This document shows, one piece after another, positions 1 through 7,990 of a DNA stretch of 64,000 nt; the first letter of the stretch is position 1; each line of letters opens with the position of its first letter. Position numbers and translations under genes: made by a program. Where the stretch lies: the NCBI GenBank assembly GCA_041391245.1, contig JAWKOJ010000004.1, forward strand, positions 691 through 64,690, read 5' to 3'. The notes under the pieces were generated by a model. The model searched no databases and had not been told where the DNA came from. It saw only the letters and a list, made by a program, of their open reading frames with translations. The DNA is from Caldilineales bacterium. Lineage in GTDB: Bacteria; Chloroflexota; Anaerolineae; JAAEKA01.

Positions 1-101
1 CGGAAGCGACAGGTAAGGTTCTTTGGGTAGGGTGTAGAGGATGACCGATGGGTCTACATGCCATCGGAACCGATTGACGCTCTGACAAGGAGGCTTACCA
101 A

Positions 102-1178
102 ATGAACCGATCACGAACACTGTTCATCGTGCTCGCCGTGTTGCTGGCGCTGACAAGCTTCAGCGCAGCGGTTGCAGCGCCCGCTGAACTTGCAGATGTT
201 GCCGGGGTCGTGCAGGATCGGCCTGCGCGCGGCAATGTCGTTGTGGCCGACCGAGGCTCCGGCACGATCTCCGTCATCGATGTCGCCACGGATCAGGTCA
301 GCGCGACCGTCGCGCTTCCGGCCGGCCCCAATGCTCCCGAGCCAATGTACGTGGTGTACAGCAATGTCGCCAAGCGGGTCTTCGTCGGTGACCGCGCCAA
401 CGATCGCGTTGTCGTCTTCAACCCTGATGACTGGAGTGTGGAGGCAACCGTAGGCGCCGGCGCTGGCGTGTTTCACATGTGGATCGACCCGCAGGACAAG
501 CATTTGTGGGTCAACAACGACGTAGACAACACCGCGACCGTCATCGACCCCAAGACTCTGGAGGTGCTGGCAACAGTGCCGATGCCGGCCGACCTGGTCA
601 GCATGGGCGGCAAGCCCCACGACGTGGTGCTGGACACGCGGTATGCCTACGTCACGATGCTCGGCTTCGCCGGCTCTGATGACTATGTCGTCAAATTCGA
701 CAAGCGAACCTTGGCCGAAGTCGGCCGGGCGCCGGTTGGCAAGGACCCGCACGTGTCGCTGACGCTGCGCAACCACCTGTTGTACGTGCCCGCCCAGAAT
801 AGCAACGAACTGCGTGTGCTTGACCGGCGGACGCTGGACGTAGTGACGACCCTGGACATACCCGGCGCGCACGGCGCAGGCATGACCAGCCAGGGCAAGA
901 CATTCTACACCACCAACCTTACCGGCGGCGGCACTGACGCCTTGTCGGCTATCGACACGAAGACCAACACCGTCATCGGCTCCCCGGTCGACGCTCCGGC
1001 AATGGTGCCACACAACATCGCCCTCACGCCTGATGGCAGCAAGCTGTACGTGACCCATTCAGGGGCAGCAAGCGACCTCGTGTCGATCTACACCGCGGAC
1101 AGGCATGACCCGACCCCGGTCCTTGTCTCGACAGTGACCGTTGGCCTCAATCCGTTTGGACTTGCCTACGTACCATGA
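102..1178 (+). CDS. Secreted YVTN/YncE-type beta-propeller repeat protein
   Basis: 358-aa ORF with AAGGAGG just upstream of the ATG. N-terminal signal peptide (MNRSRTLFIVLAVLLALTSFSAAVAAPA). Repeated ~40-aa units typical of YVTN propellers: 'GTISVIDVATDQVSATVALPAG', 'TATVIDPKTLEVLATVPM', 'ELRVLDRRTLDVVTTLDIPG', 'LSAIDTKTNTVIGSPV', 'KLYVTHSG'. Confidence 0.7.
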   Translation: MNRSRTLFIVLAVLLALTSFSAAVAAPAELADVAGVVQDRPARGNVVVADRGSGTISVIDVATDQVSATVALPAGPNAPEPMYVVYSNVAKRVFVGDRANDRVVVFNPDDWSVEATVGAGAGVFHMWIDPQDKHLWVNNDVDNTATVIDPKTLEVLATVPMPADLVSMGGKPHDVVLDTRYAYVTMLGFAGSDDYVVKFDKRTLAEVGRAPVGKDPHVSLTLRNHLLYVPAQNSNELRVLDRRTLDVVTTLDIPGAHGAGMTSQGKTFYTTNLTGGGTDALSAIDTKTNTVIGSPVDAPAMVPHNIALTPDGSKLYVTHSGAASDLVSIYTADRHDPTPVLVSTVTVGLNPFGLAYVP

Positions 1179-1224
1179 CATCGAGCAGCCGGCCGGGCGG
1201 GGGCAGTCCAGGCCGGTAAACTGC

Positions 1225-1266
1225 AACGGGCCGGATCGCAGTTCTGCGATCCGGCCCGTTTTGTTG
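1225..1266 (+). terminator. Rho-independent terminator-like hairpin after the propeller gene
   Basis: 16-bp GC-rich stem (AACGGGCCGGATCGCA / TGCGATCCGGCCCGTT) with loop GTTC, followed by TTTTGTTG. It lies 47 nt after the stop codon, between convergent genes. Confidence 0.6.
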
Positions 1267-1286
1267 ATTCTTCGCAACCTGCCAGG

Positions 1287-1892
1287 TCAGGCAATTCCAG
1301 GCAGGTGTTGCAATGCCAGCCGCGTCGAGTCGACGATCAACCGGTGCTCGATTGCGTGAATCTGTCTCTCCAGGTCTTCCAGCGTGTCGCCAGCCTTGAT
1401 TGCAACTGCCGCACTCGCGATGACCTCGCCTGCATCGACTTCGGGAATGACCCAGTGTACCATGACGCCGGTGTGGTCGATCTTGCCCTGCTGAAACGCT
1501 TCGAAGGCGCGCTCGATGGCGTGTGTGCCAGGGAACTGGCCGGGCAGCGCGGGATGCAGGTTGATGACCTGTCCGGTGAAGCTGCTCAGAAAGAGCGGGC
1601 TGAGGATCAGCATCCAACCGGCCAACGCGATCAGGTCCGGCTCGAACGCGGCCACAAGGCGAGCCAGATCCTGGTCGTAGTCGCTGCGCGGCCGGCCAGC
1701 GGTCCGGTAGGGTGCCAGCGGAAATGTGACGGCAGGAATGCCGGCCCGCTCGGCCCGCGCCAGCCCGTAGGCATCGGCGCGGTTGGAGAAGACGGCCACG
1801 ATGCGGGCATCCAACTCTCCGTTTTCACAGGCGTCGATCAACGCCTGCAGATTGGTGCCGCTGCCGGAGATCATTACCACCAGGCGCTTCAT
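1287..1892 (-). CDS. purN: Phosphoribosylglycinamide formyltransferase
   Basis: 201 aa. N-terminus 'MKRLVVMISGSGTNLQALIDA', 'INLHPALPG' and 'PEVDAGEVI' match the PurN/formyl-transferase pattern. The start overlaps the purM stop by 4 bp (ATGA). Confidence 0.9.
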   Translation of the reverse strand: MKRLVVMISGSGTNLQALIDACENGELDARIVAVFSNRADAYGLARAERAGIPAVTFPLAPYRTAGRPRSDYDQDLARLVAAFEPDLIALAGWMLILSPLFLSSFTGQVINLHPALPGQFPGTHAIERAFEAFQQGKIDHTGVMVHWVIPEVDAGEVIASAAVAIKAGDTLEDLERQIHAIEHRLIVDSTRLALQHLPGIA

Positions 1893-2914
1893 GCGATCAC
1901 CACCCGCGGCCCGTCGCGGTGCGCTATGACTTCGCCCACCCGCCAGGCGTCGCCGCTCAGGACGCTCAACGCCTCGTCAGCCTGTTCGGGCGCCACCACG
2001 ACCAGCATTCCCAGTCCCAGGTTGAAGACGTGAGCCATCTCGTGGCTGTCGATCTGCCCCGTTCGCTGGATCACGTCAAACAGCGGCGGCGCCGGCCAGC
2101 TTCCCTGCTCCAGCCGCATGCCCAGTCCGTCAGCCAGGATGCGCGGCGGGTTGTCGATCAGCCCGCCGCCGGTGATGTGGGCGAGCCCGCGGATGTCAAC
2201 CGTTGCTTGCTGGAGTTGCTCGATGGCTGGCAGGTAGCAACGATGGGGCGCCAGCAGGGCCTCGCCAAGGGACGTGCCGAGTTCTGGCACGTCCATGGTC
2301 AGATCCCGGCCCTCGAAGACACGTCGCGCCAGGGAGTAGCCGTTGGTGTGCAGCCCTGACGACGCCAGGCCGATGACCACGTCTCCGGCCTGGATGCGGC
2401 TGCCGTCGATAAGCGCGGCGCGATCTACCACGCCAACCACTGTGCCGACCAGATCGAACTCGCCGGGCGCATAGATGCCGGGCATTTCGGCCGTCTCGCC
2501 GCCCAGCAGCGCGCAGCCGGTCGCCTGGCAGGCTGCCGCCGCGCCGCCGACCACTGCCGCGACCATCTGCGGGTCAAGCTTGCTGCAGGCGATGTAGTCT
2601 AGGAAGAAGAGCGGGCGTGCCCCTTGCACCAGGATGTCGTTGACGCAGTGGTTGACGATGTCGTGGCCGATCGTGTCGTAGCGGCCAAGCGCGCTGGCGA
2701 TCTTGGTCTTGGTGCCGACGCCGTCGGTAGACGCCACCAGCACCGGCGCCTGCATGTCACGCAGCACAGAGGCGTCGAACAACCCGCCAAACGCACCGAT
2801 CCCCAGCAACACCTCCGGTCCGTACGTCGCCCGCACCGCGTCGCGCATCAACTCGACCGCGCGCGCCCCGGATTCGATGTTCACACCGGCGTCCCGATAC
2901 TGAGAGGGCGTCAT
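1889..2914 (-). CDS. purM: Phosphoribosylformylglycinamidine cyclo-ligase (AIR synthetase)
   Basis: 341 aa. Contains 'YRDAGVNIESG', 'GIGAFGGLFD', 'STDGVGTKTKIA' and 'AHITGGGL', characteristic PurM motifs. Confidence 0.95.
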   Translation of the reverse strand: MTPSQYRDAGVNIESGARAVELMRDAVRATYGPEVLLGIGAFGGLFDASVLRDMQAPVLVASTDGVGTKTKIASALGRYDTIGHDIVNHCVNDILVQGARPLFFLDYIACSKLDPQMVAAVVGGAAAACQATGCALLGGETAEMPGIYAPGEFDLVGTVVGVVDRAALIDGSRIQAGDVVIGLASSGLHTNGYSLARRVFEGRDLTMDVPELGTSLGEALLAPHRCYLPAIEQLQQATVDIRGLAHITGGGLIDNPPRILADGLGMRLEQGSWPAPPLFDVIQRTGQIDSHEMAHVFNLGLGMLVVVAPEQADEALSVLSGDAWRVGEVIAHRDGPRVVIA

Positions 2915-2917
2915 GAC

Positions 2918-3910
2918 TCAGTTGTAGATGCTCTGCAAATCTTCCGGACTTTCCGCGGTCTCGATGCCTTCGTATACGGCGTGCAGAACCTCCAAATCAT
3001 CGATTCTGCGTATCTCCGGCAGCAGCCGCAAGCCCGCGCTGCCAAACCGCAGCTTGAGTCCAAGGTTGATTGCATCAAGCAAGCCTTGTCGACGTCCCTG
3101 GACAATCCCTTGTTGCAGTCCTTGTTGCAGTCCTTGCTGCAGTCCTTGCTGGATCCAGTTCTCGGCAATTGTAGACATGATCACAACTCCTTCTGGCCAC
3201 TGCTTCTCCATGGCCGCGCGCAAATCAGCCTCTGTGATGGTGCTGCTTCCGGTCACCAGATAGCGCAACACCGTCGCCACGAACTCTGCCGTGCTTTCAG
3301 TCATCGACAGTTTCTCCATCAGTTCGAAGAGGGCAGTCGCTTGCTCCAATCCATGATCGTCGTATATGTGCTTCATCGCCAAGAGCGCCAGACGCAACAT
3401 CATTTCGCCCTTGATCTCAGCATCGCTGAACCTCGTCAGGTCAACCAGCCAGTAGTGGAAGTCAGGGAAGTAGCCAAGCAGATCGCTCGGTCCATCATAC
3501 ATACCAGCCAGGTTCAAAGGAATCCGCCACTCGGGCTGGCCATGGTAGACGACCAACGGAATAATCGGCTGCAGACCGCCGGACGCCTTTGGCCAGCGCT
3601 GCCAGATGCGCACCATGTAGCGCAACAGCTGGATAGCTACGTTCACATCGGGGTAGCTCTTGTGCTCAAAGAGCACATAGACCGCAGCCGGTCGATTGTC
3701 CTTCAGGCGGACAGAAAAGAGCAGGTCTGAGTAGTGCGCGTGCAGGCTTTCATCGATGAACGTGTCGGCCTGCGGTTGCACCGACGACAGGTTTATCTGC
3801 GCCACAACCTCGGGCGGGAGATAGTTCCGCAGGAAGTCAGTGGCTACATCCTGGCGTGCCAGGCTTTGCCTGAAGAATCGATCGTGGGGATTGGTCAGAG
3901 TCTCGGCCAT
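2918..3910 (-). CDS. Rpn-family (YhgA-like) PD-(D/E)XK recombination-promoting nuclease / putative transposase
   Basis: 330 aa. N-terminus 'PHDRFFRQSLARQDVATDFLRNYLP'. D...ExK core ('YSDLLFSV'...'VYVLFEHKSYPD'). C-terminal helical tail with a (QQGL)n repeat, as in DUF4351-type tails. The gene is wedged 9 bp after purD and 3 bp before purM. Confidence 0.75.
   Translation of the reverse strand: MAETLTNPHDRFFRQSLARQDVATDFLRNYLPPEVVAQINLSSVQPQADTFIDESLHAHYSDLLFSVRLKDNRPAAVYVLFEHKSYPDVNVAIQLLRYMVRIWQRWPKASGGLQPIIPLVVYHGQPEWRIPLNLAGMYDGPSDLLGYFPDFHYWLVDLTRFSDAEIKGEMMLRLALLAMKHIYDDHGLEQATALFELMEKLSMTESTAEFVATVLRYLVTGSSTITEADLRAAMEKQWPEGVVIMSTIAENWIQQGLQQGLQQGLQQGIVQGRRQGLLDAINLGLKLRFGSAGLRLLPEIRRIDDLEVLHAVYEGIETAESPEDLQSIYN
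3108..3150. repeat. 12-bp tandem repeat (about 3.5 copies) inside the rpn-like gene
   Basis: ccttgttgcagt / ccttgttgcagt / ccttgctgcagt / ccttgct.., encoding QQGLQQGLQQGLQQG on the minus strand. Confidence 0.8.
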
Positions 3911-3919
3911 GGAGTTATT

Positions 3920-5215
3920 TTAGCCCAAGAGAGCCTTTGCGCCAATGTCACGGCGGAAATGCATGCCCTGGAACCGGATTTGGTTGATGCCGCGATAGGC
4001 CTGTGCCAGCGCCGCAGCCAGATTTTCGCCGGTGGCAGTGACGGCCAGCACACGGCCGCCGTTAGTGAGCACGCGGCCGTCATCGGACAGCCTGGTGCCG
4101 GCGTGAAACACTGCCACGTCGCGCAGCGCCTCAGCCGCAGCCAGGCCGCTGATCTCCCGGCCTTTCGGGTAGCTGCCGGGGTAACCCTCCGACGCTGCGA
4201 CCACGGTCGCGGCCGCGCCGGCATGCCAGCCCACATCCATTTGATCCAACGTTCCCTCAAGGCAAGCGTCGAACACATCCAGCAGGTCGCCGGCCAGCAG
4301 CGGCAGGATGACCTGCGTCTCCGGGTCGCCGAAGCGGCAGTTGAACTCCAACACCTTCGATCCGCCAGCGGTCAGCATCAACCCCGCGTAGAGGATTCCG
4401 GTGTATGGCGCGCCCTCAGCCCGCATGCCATCGACAGCAGCTTGCAGCACGTTGACGCGTACGTCTTCCAGCAACTCGGCCGTCATGACCGGCGCGGGCG
4501 CGTAGGCGCCCATGCCGCCTGTGTTCGGCCCCTGATCGCCGTCGAAGACCCGCTTGTGGTCCTGGGCGACCGGCATCAGCGACACGCTGCGGCCGTCGCA
4601 GAATGCCAGCACGGATGCTTCTGGCCCGGCCAGCCGTTCCTCGATCACCACCTCGTCGCCGGCGTCGCCGAAGGCACGCTCGACCATGACCTGGCGCAGC
4701 GCGGCCTCGGTTTCGGCCAACGACTCGGGCAGCAGCACCCCTTTGCCCGCTGCCAGCCCCGAGGCCTTGACCACAAGGGGGTAGTCGATCGTTCGGGCGT
4801 GGGCCATGGCGGCGTCAAAGTTCGTGAAGACGGCGTAGCGAGCGGTCGGAATGCCGTGGCGCTGCATGAACGCCTTGGCGAAGGCCTTGGAGGACTCCAG
4901 TTGCGCGGCGGCCTGGGTCGGGCCGAAACAGCGAATGCCCGCGGCGCGAAACGCATCGACCGCGCCAGCGGCCAGGGGCGCTTCCGGCCCGACCACGACC
5001 AGATCGACGGTCTTCTCTTTCGCCAGCCGCACCAGCGTTGCGATGTCGCCAGCGGCGGCGGAAACATTGCTGATCTTGCCGCCGGCCAGCGCTGTGCCGC
5101 CGTTTCCAGGCGCCACCAGCACCCCGGCCACGCGCGGCGACTGCGCCAGCTTCCACGCCAGCGCGTGCTCCCGCCCGCCGTTGCCGATCACCAACACGGA
5201 GTGGCCATGAGTCAT
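3920..5215 (-). CDS. purD: Phosphoribosylamine-glycine ligase
   Basis: Homology starts at the internal Met 'MTHGHSVLVIGNGGREHALAWKLAQS' (ATG at 5215, AAGGAG 8 nt upstream). ATP-grasp body with 'QLESSKAFAKAFM' and 'LEFNCRFGDPE'. The ORF-track extension to 5452 only translates the GA-rich spacer. Confidence 0.93.
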   Translation of the reverse strand: MTHGHSVLVIGNGGREHALAWKLAQSPRVAGVLVAPGNGGTALAGGKISNVSAAAGDIATLVRLAKEKTVDLVVVGPEAPLAAGAVDAFRAAGIRCFGPTQAAAQLESSKAFAKAFMQRHGIPTARYAVFTNFDAAMAHARTIDYPLVVKASGLAAGKGVLLPESLAETEAALRQVMVERAFGDAGDEVVIEERLAGPEASVLAFCDGRSVSLMPVAQDHKRVFDGDQGPNTGGMGAYAPAPVMTAELLEDVRVNVLQAAVDGMRAEGAPYTGILYAGLMLTAGGSKVLEFNCRFGDPETQVILPLLAGDLLDVFDACLEGTLDQMDVGWHAGAAATVVAASEGYPGSYPKGREISGLAAAEALRDVAVFHAGTRLSDDGRVLTNGGRVLAVTATGENLAAALAQAYRGINQIRFQGMHFRRDIGAKALLG

Positions 5216-5342
5216 GATAGTGCTCCTTGCGGGAAGGGAAGCGAGGGAAACAAGGGACAAAAGGGAATGAAGGGAAAAGGGAAGACAAGAGGACGCTTTC
5301 CTCTGAGACTTGCCCTCATTTCCCTTCTTTTCCTCCCTTTCC
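5216..5342 (-). other. Polypurine/polypyrimidine mirror spacer between purF and purD
   Basis: In mRNA sense, a ~50-nt GA-only arm (GGAAAGGGAGGAAAAGAAGGGAAAUGAGGGCAAG..) is followed by a ~70-nt CU-rich arm (..CUUGUCUUCCCUUUUCCCUUCAUUCCCUUUUGUCCCUUGUUUCCCUCGCUUCCCUUCCC). The arms can pair as a long imperfect hairpin. Confidence 0.5.
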
Positions 5343-6827
5343 TTATCCCCACACGCCCTCGAACGCCAGCTTCTCCTTTGACGTCCAGTACGCCTCCAGC
5401 CGTATCGGGTAGTTGCCGTTGAAGCAGGCGCTGCAATGTCCCGTCTCGACATCGATGCCGGACTCGACCGCGCGCAGCATGCCCTCGTGGGACAGGTAGG
5501 CCAGGCTGTCGGCGTCGATGTGCTGGCGGATCTCCTCGACCGTCTTGCTGAAGCCGATCAACTCCTCGCCGCGCGCCATGTCGATGCCCATGAAACAGGG
5601 ATGGCGCACGGGCGGCGAGCTGACGCGCACGTGGACCTCGGTTGCGCCGCCCTCGCGCAGCAACCGCACCAGCGGGCCGGACGTGTTGCCGCGCACGATG
5701 CTGTCGTCCACCAGCACCACCCGCTTGCCTTCCAGGTTGGCCCGCAGCGGGTTGTATTTTAGGTGTACCCCGGAGCGCCGCAGCCGGTCGTCGGGCTGGA
5801 TGAACGTCCGGCCGATGTAGCGGTTCTTGGTCAGCCCTTCGGTGTACGGGAGATCGGACGCGATGGCGTAGCCGATGGCGGCCGGTGTTGCCGAGTCGGG
5901 TACGCCAACCACGATGTCGGCGTCGGCCGGCGCCTCGCGGGCCAGCGCCTCGCCCAGCCGCTGCCTGACCCGGTGAACGCTCTGGTTTTCGATGACTGAG
6001 TCGGGGCGGGCAAAGTAGACGTACTCGAAGATGCAGAAAGCGCGGCTGGCAGGCGGCCGGTTGAACGGTCGAAGGCTGTGAACGCCCCTGTCGTCCAGTC
6101 GCACGATCTCGCCCGGCTCCACCTCGCGCACAAACTCAGCGCCGATGGTGCCCAGCGCGCACGACTCCGAGGCGACCACATAACCGGCCGGGTGCCCGTT
6201 GGCGGGGAGATGGCCGATGCAAAGCGGGCGCAGGCCCAGCGGATCGCGCACGGCAAACACCGCGTCCCGGGTCAGGATCACCAGCGAATAGGCGCCCTCG
6301 GCCTCCGCCATGAAGTTGCTGAGGCGCGCCTCCCAGTCTGGCCTGCCCGAAACCGCACCCGGCGCCGGCGCGGCCAGCATCTGCGTGATCACCTCGCTGT
6401 CGCTGGAGGAGATCAGCCCGACGCCGCGCTCCAGCAGGTTGCGGCGCAGCTCCAGCGCGTTGGTCAGGTTGCCGTTGTGGCCGACGCCCAGCGGGCCGTA
6501 CATCGTCTCGATCAGATAGGGCTGAACGTTGCGCAGGTGGCTGCCGCCTGTCGTGGAGTAGCGGTTGTGGCCAATGGCCAGATGGCCCTTCAGCGGGCGC
6601 AGGTTGTCCTCGTTGAAAACCTGATGCACCAGACCCATCCCCTTGTGCGAATAAGCGGCCCAGCCGTCACAGGTCGTGATGCCGGCGCTCTCCTGGCCGC
6701 GATGCTGCAACGCGTAGAGCGCGAAAAACGCCACCCGTGCGACATCACTGCCCGGCGCGTAGATGCCGAAAACGCCGCATGCTTCGTGCGGTCGGTCGAG
6801 GTCGTCGTCAAAGATGGGTTGGGTCAT
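5343..6827 (-). CDS. purF: Amidophosphoribosyltransferase
   Basis: Likely start is 'MTQPIFDDDLDRPHEACGVFGIYAPG' (ATG at 6827). Ntn Cys in 'ACGVFGI', 'HRGQESAGI', PRPP loop 'VVLVDDSIVRGNTS', C-terminal Cys cluster 'CSACFNGNYP'. The upstream extension to 6917 has no homology. Confidence 0.93.
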   Translation of the reverse strand: MTQPIFDDDLDRPHEACGVFGIYAPGSDVARVAFFALYALQHRGQESAGITTCDGWAAYSHKGMGLVHQVFNEDNLRPLKGHLAIGHNRYSTTGGSHLRNVQPYLIETMYGPLGVGHNGNLTNALELRRNLLERGVGLISSSDSEVITQMLAAPAPGAVSGRPDWEARLSNFMAEAEGAYSLVILTRDAVFAVRDPLGLRPLCIGHLPANGHPAGYVVASESCALGTIGAEFVREVEPGEIVRLDDRGVHSLRPFNRPPASRAFCIFEYVYFARPDSVIENQSVHRVRQRLGEALAREAPADADIVVGVPDSATPAAIGYAIASDLPYTEGLTKNRYIGRTFIQPDDRLRRSGVHLKYNPLRANLEGKRVVLVDDSIVRGNTSGPLVRLLREGGATEVHVRVSSPPVRHPCFMGIDMARGEELIGFSKTVEEIRQHIDADSLAYLSHEGMLRAVESGIDVETGHCSACFNGNYPIRLEAYWTSKEKLAFEGVWG

Positions 6828-6934
6828 GATGGTGGTAGTGTTTCCCGACTGAAACGTAATGCGTGAAACGGACACGGAGGCCCCGGAATCGCATGACTCG
6901 TCTCGCCTCCCAATCACGTCTCACGTTTCACGAT

Positions 6935-7414
6935 TCACTCCTCACGCAACGACCTGTCATCGTCCATGATCGTCTGCCGCGCGGCCTGCTGTGCACTCTG
7001 GATCCGCCCGCGCAGGGCCGGCTCGGCCAGGCTGAGGATCTTGGCGGCCAGCAGCGCCGCGCCCGACGGCTCCAGTACGACGGCTGGGGCGATGCCGGAG
7101 GGCATCCGCAGCGACGAGAACACGTCCGCGCCGCCGTAGCGGTCCGAGTAGGGCGGGCAGGCGATGACCGGCGCCGTGACCGCGCCGTCCACCAGACCGC
7201 TGAGGGCGTTGCTGCGCCCGGCGACGGTGATGTAGACCTTGGGTCGTGGGTCAGCTTCGTAGGCTGCCAGCACCTCGAGCGCGAAGTGCGGCGCCTTGTG
7301 CGCCGACGCAACCCGGATCTCGCTGGCGATGCCGAACGCAGCCAGCGCGTCAACGATAGCCTGCCCGTGTTTCAGGTCTGACTTGGAACCCATGATGATT
7401 GGGACAATAGCCAT
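6935..7414 (-). CDS. purE: PurE-family AIR carboxylase / N5-CAIR mutase
   Basis: 159 aa. Contains 'VPIIMGSKSDL', 'VASAHKAP' and 'PVIACP'. GAGGAG RBS upstream. No purK is visible in the window, so the class (I vs II) is not determinable here. Confidence 0.85.
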   Translation of the reverse strand: MAIVPIIMGSKSDLKHGQAIVDALAAFGIASEIRVASAHKAPHFALEVLAAYEADPRPKVYITVAGRSNALSGLVDGAVTAPVIACPPYSDRYGGADVFSSLRMPSGIAPAVVLEPSGAALLAAKILSLAEPALRGRIQSAQQAARQTIMDDDRSLREE

Positions 7415-7454
7415 TGTATCTCCTCATAGGAATAAAAGTGCGATAAACCGACTC

Positions 7455-7482
7455 GCACCCTGCACCCTGCACCCTGCACCCT
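7455..7482. repeat. Heptamer tandem repeat (GCACCCT)x4
   Basis: Four perfect copies lying 1 nt beyond the GNAT stop codon and 40 nt upstream of the purE start. In mRNA sense the unit is AGGGUGC x4. Confidence 0.85.
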
Positions 7483-7483
7483 T

Positions 7484-7951
7484 TCACGCCATCCGTTTGG
7501 ACATGATGTGCATGTGGCGGCGATAGGTGAAGCCCTGCGACTCGTAGAGGCGCTGCGCGGCCTGGTTGCCTTCTTCTACCTCGAGATGGAGCGCCTGTAT
7601 GCCGGTCGACCCGAGCAGCGCCTCGACCTGCTGCATGACAGCACGACCGATGCCCTGGCCGCGCACCTGTGACGCGATGAACAACTCGTCTACGAAGGCG
7701 TCCCTGCCGTAGAACTCCAGGCTGTAGCCGAACGTAACCACCACGTAGCCAACTGGCTGGCCGTCCAGGTGGATCATCCACCCGCGGCCCAGGCGGTCGG
7801 CTTCCAGCAGGCCCGCCAGAGCGGCAGCCCACGCAGTCTCGTCGGGCGGCACGTCATCGTTTTCGTACAGACCGTGCATGAACTGCACACACAGGTCGAG
7901 GTCGCGGCGGGTAATGGGTGTCAGGGCAACGTCCATGGAAGGCAGGTCCAC
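7484..7951 (-). CDS. GNAT-family N-acetyltransferase
   Basis: 155 aa. Acetyl-CoA pocket motif 'VRGQGIGRAVMQQVEALL' followed by 'LHLEVEEGNQAAQRLYESQGF'. Confidence 0.8.
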   Translation of the reverse strand: MDLPSMDVALTPITRRDLDLCVQFMHGLYENDDVPPDETAWAAALAGLLEADRLGRGWMIHLDGQPVGYVVVTFGYSLEFYGRDAFVDELFIASQVRGQGIGRAVMQQVEALLGSTGIQALHLEVEEGNQAAQRLYESQGFTYRRHMHIMSKRMA

Positions 7952-7990
7952 TGCGGGTCACGCCCTTGCGCACTTGCTTGTCCAGACGCC

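Noticed and set aside
3920-5452. N-terminal extensions offered by the ORF track for purD (to 5452), purF (to 6917), purQ (to 9926), the nucleotidyltransferase (from 44949), lipase B (from 53086) and the surface protein (from 56695).
   Set aside because: In each case homology begins at an internal Met preceded by a Shine-Dalgarno-like sequence. The extension translates spacer or neighbouring-gene sequence. For example, 'GDKEREEKKGNEGKS' is just the GA tract.
6828-6934. Possible purine/ZTP-type riboswitch or attenuator in the purE-purF spacer (CGTGAAACG ... CGTTTCACG inverted repeat) and in the purQ leader (9780..9840).
   Set aside because: I could not find the conserved cores I remember for purine or ZTP riboswitches. 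The inverted repeat alone is insufficient. An Rfam scan would be needed.
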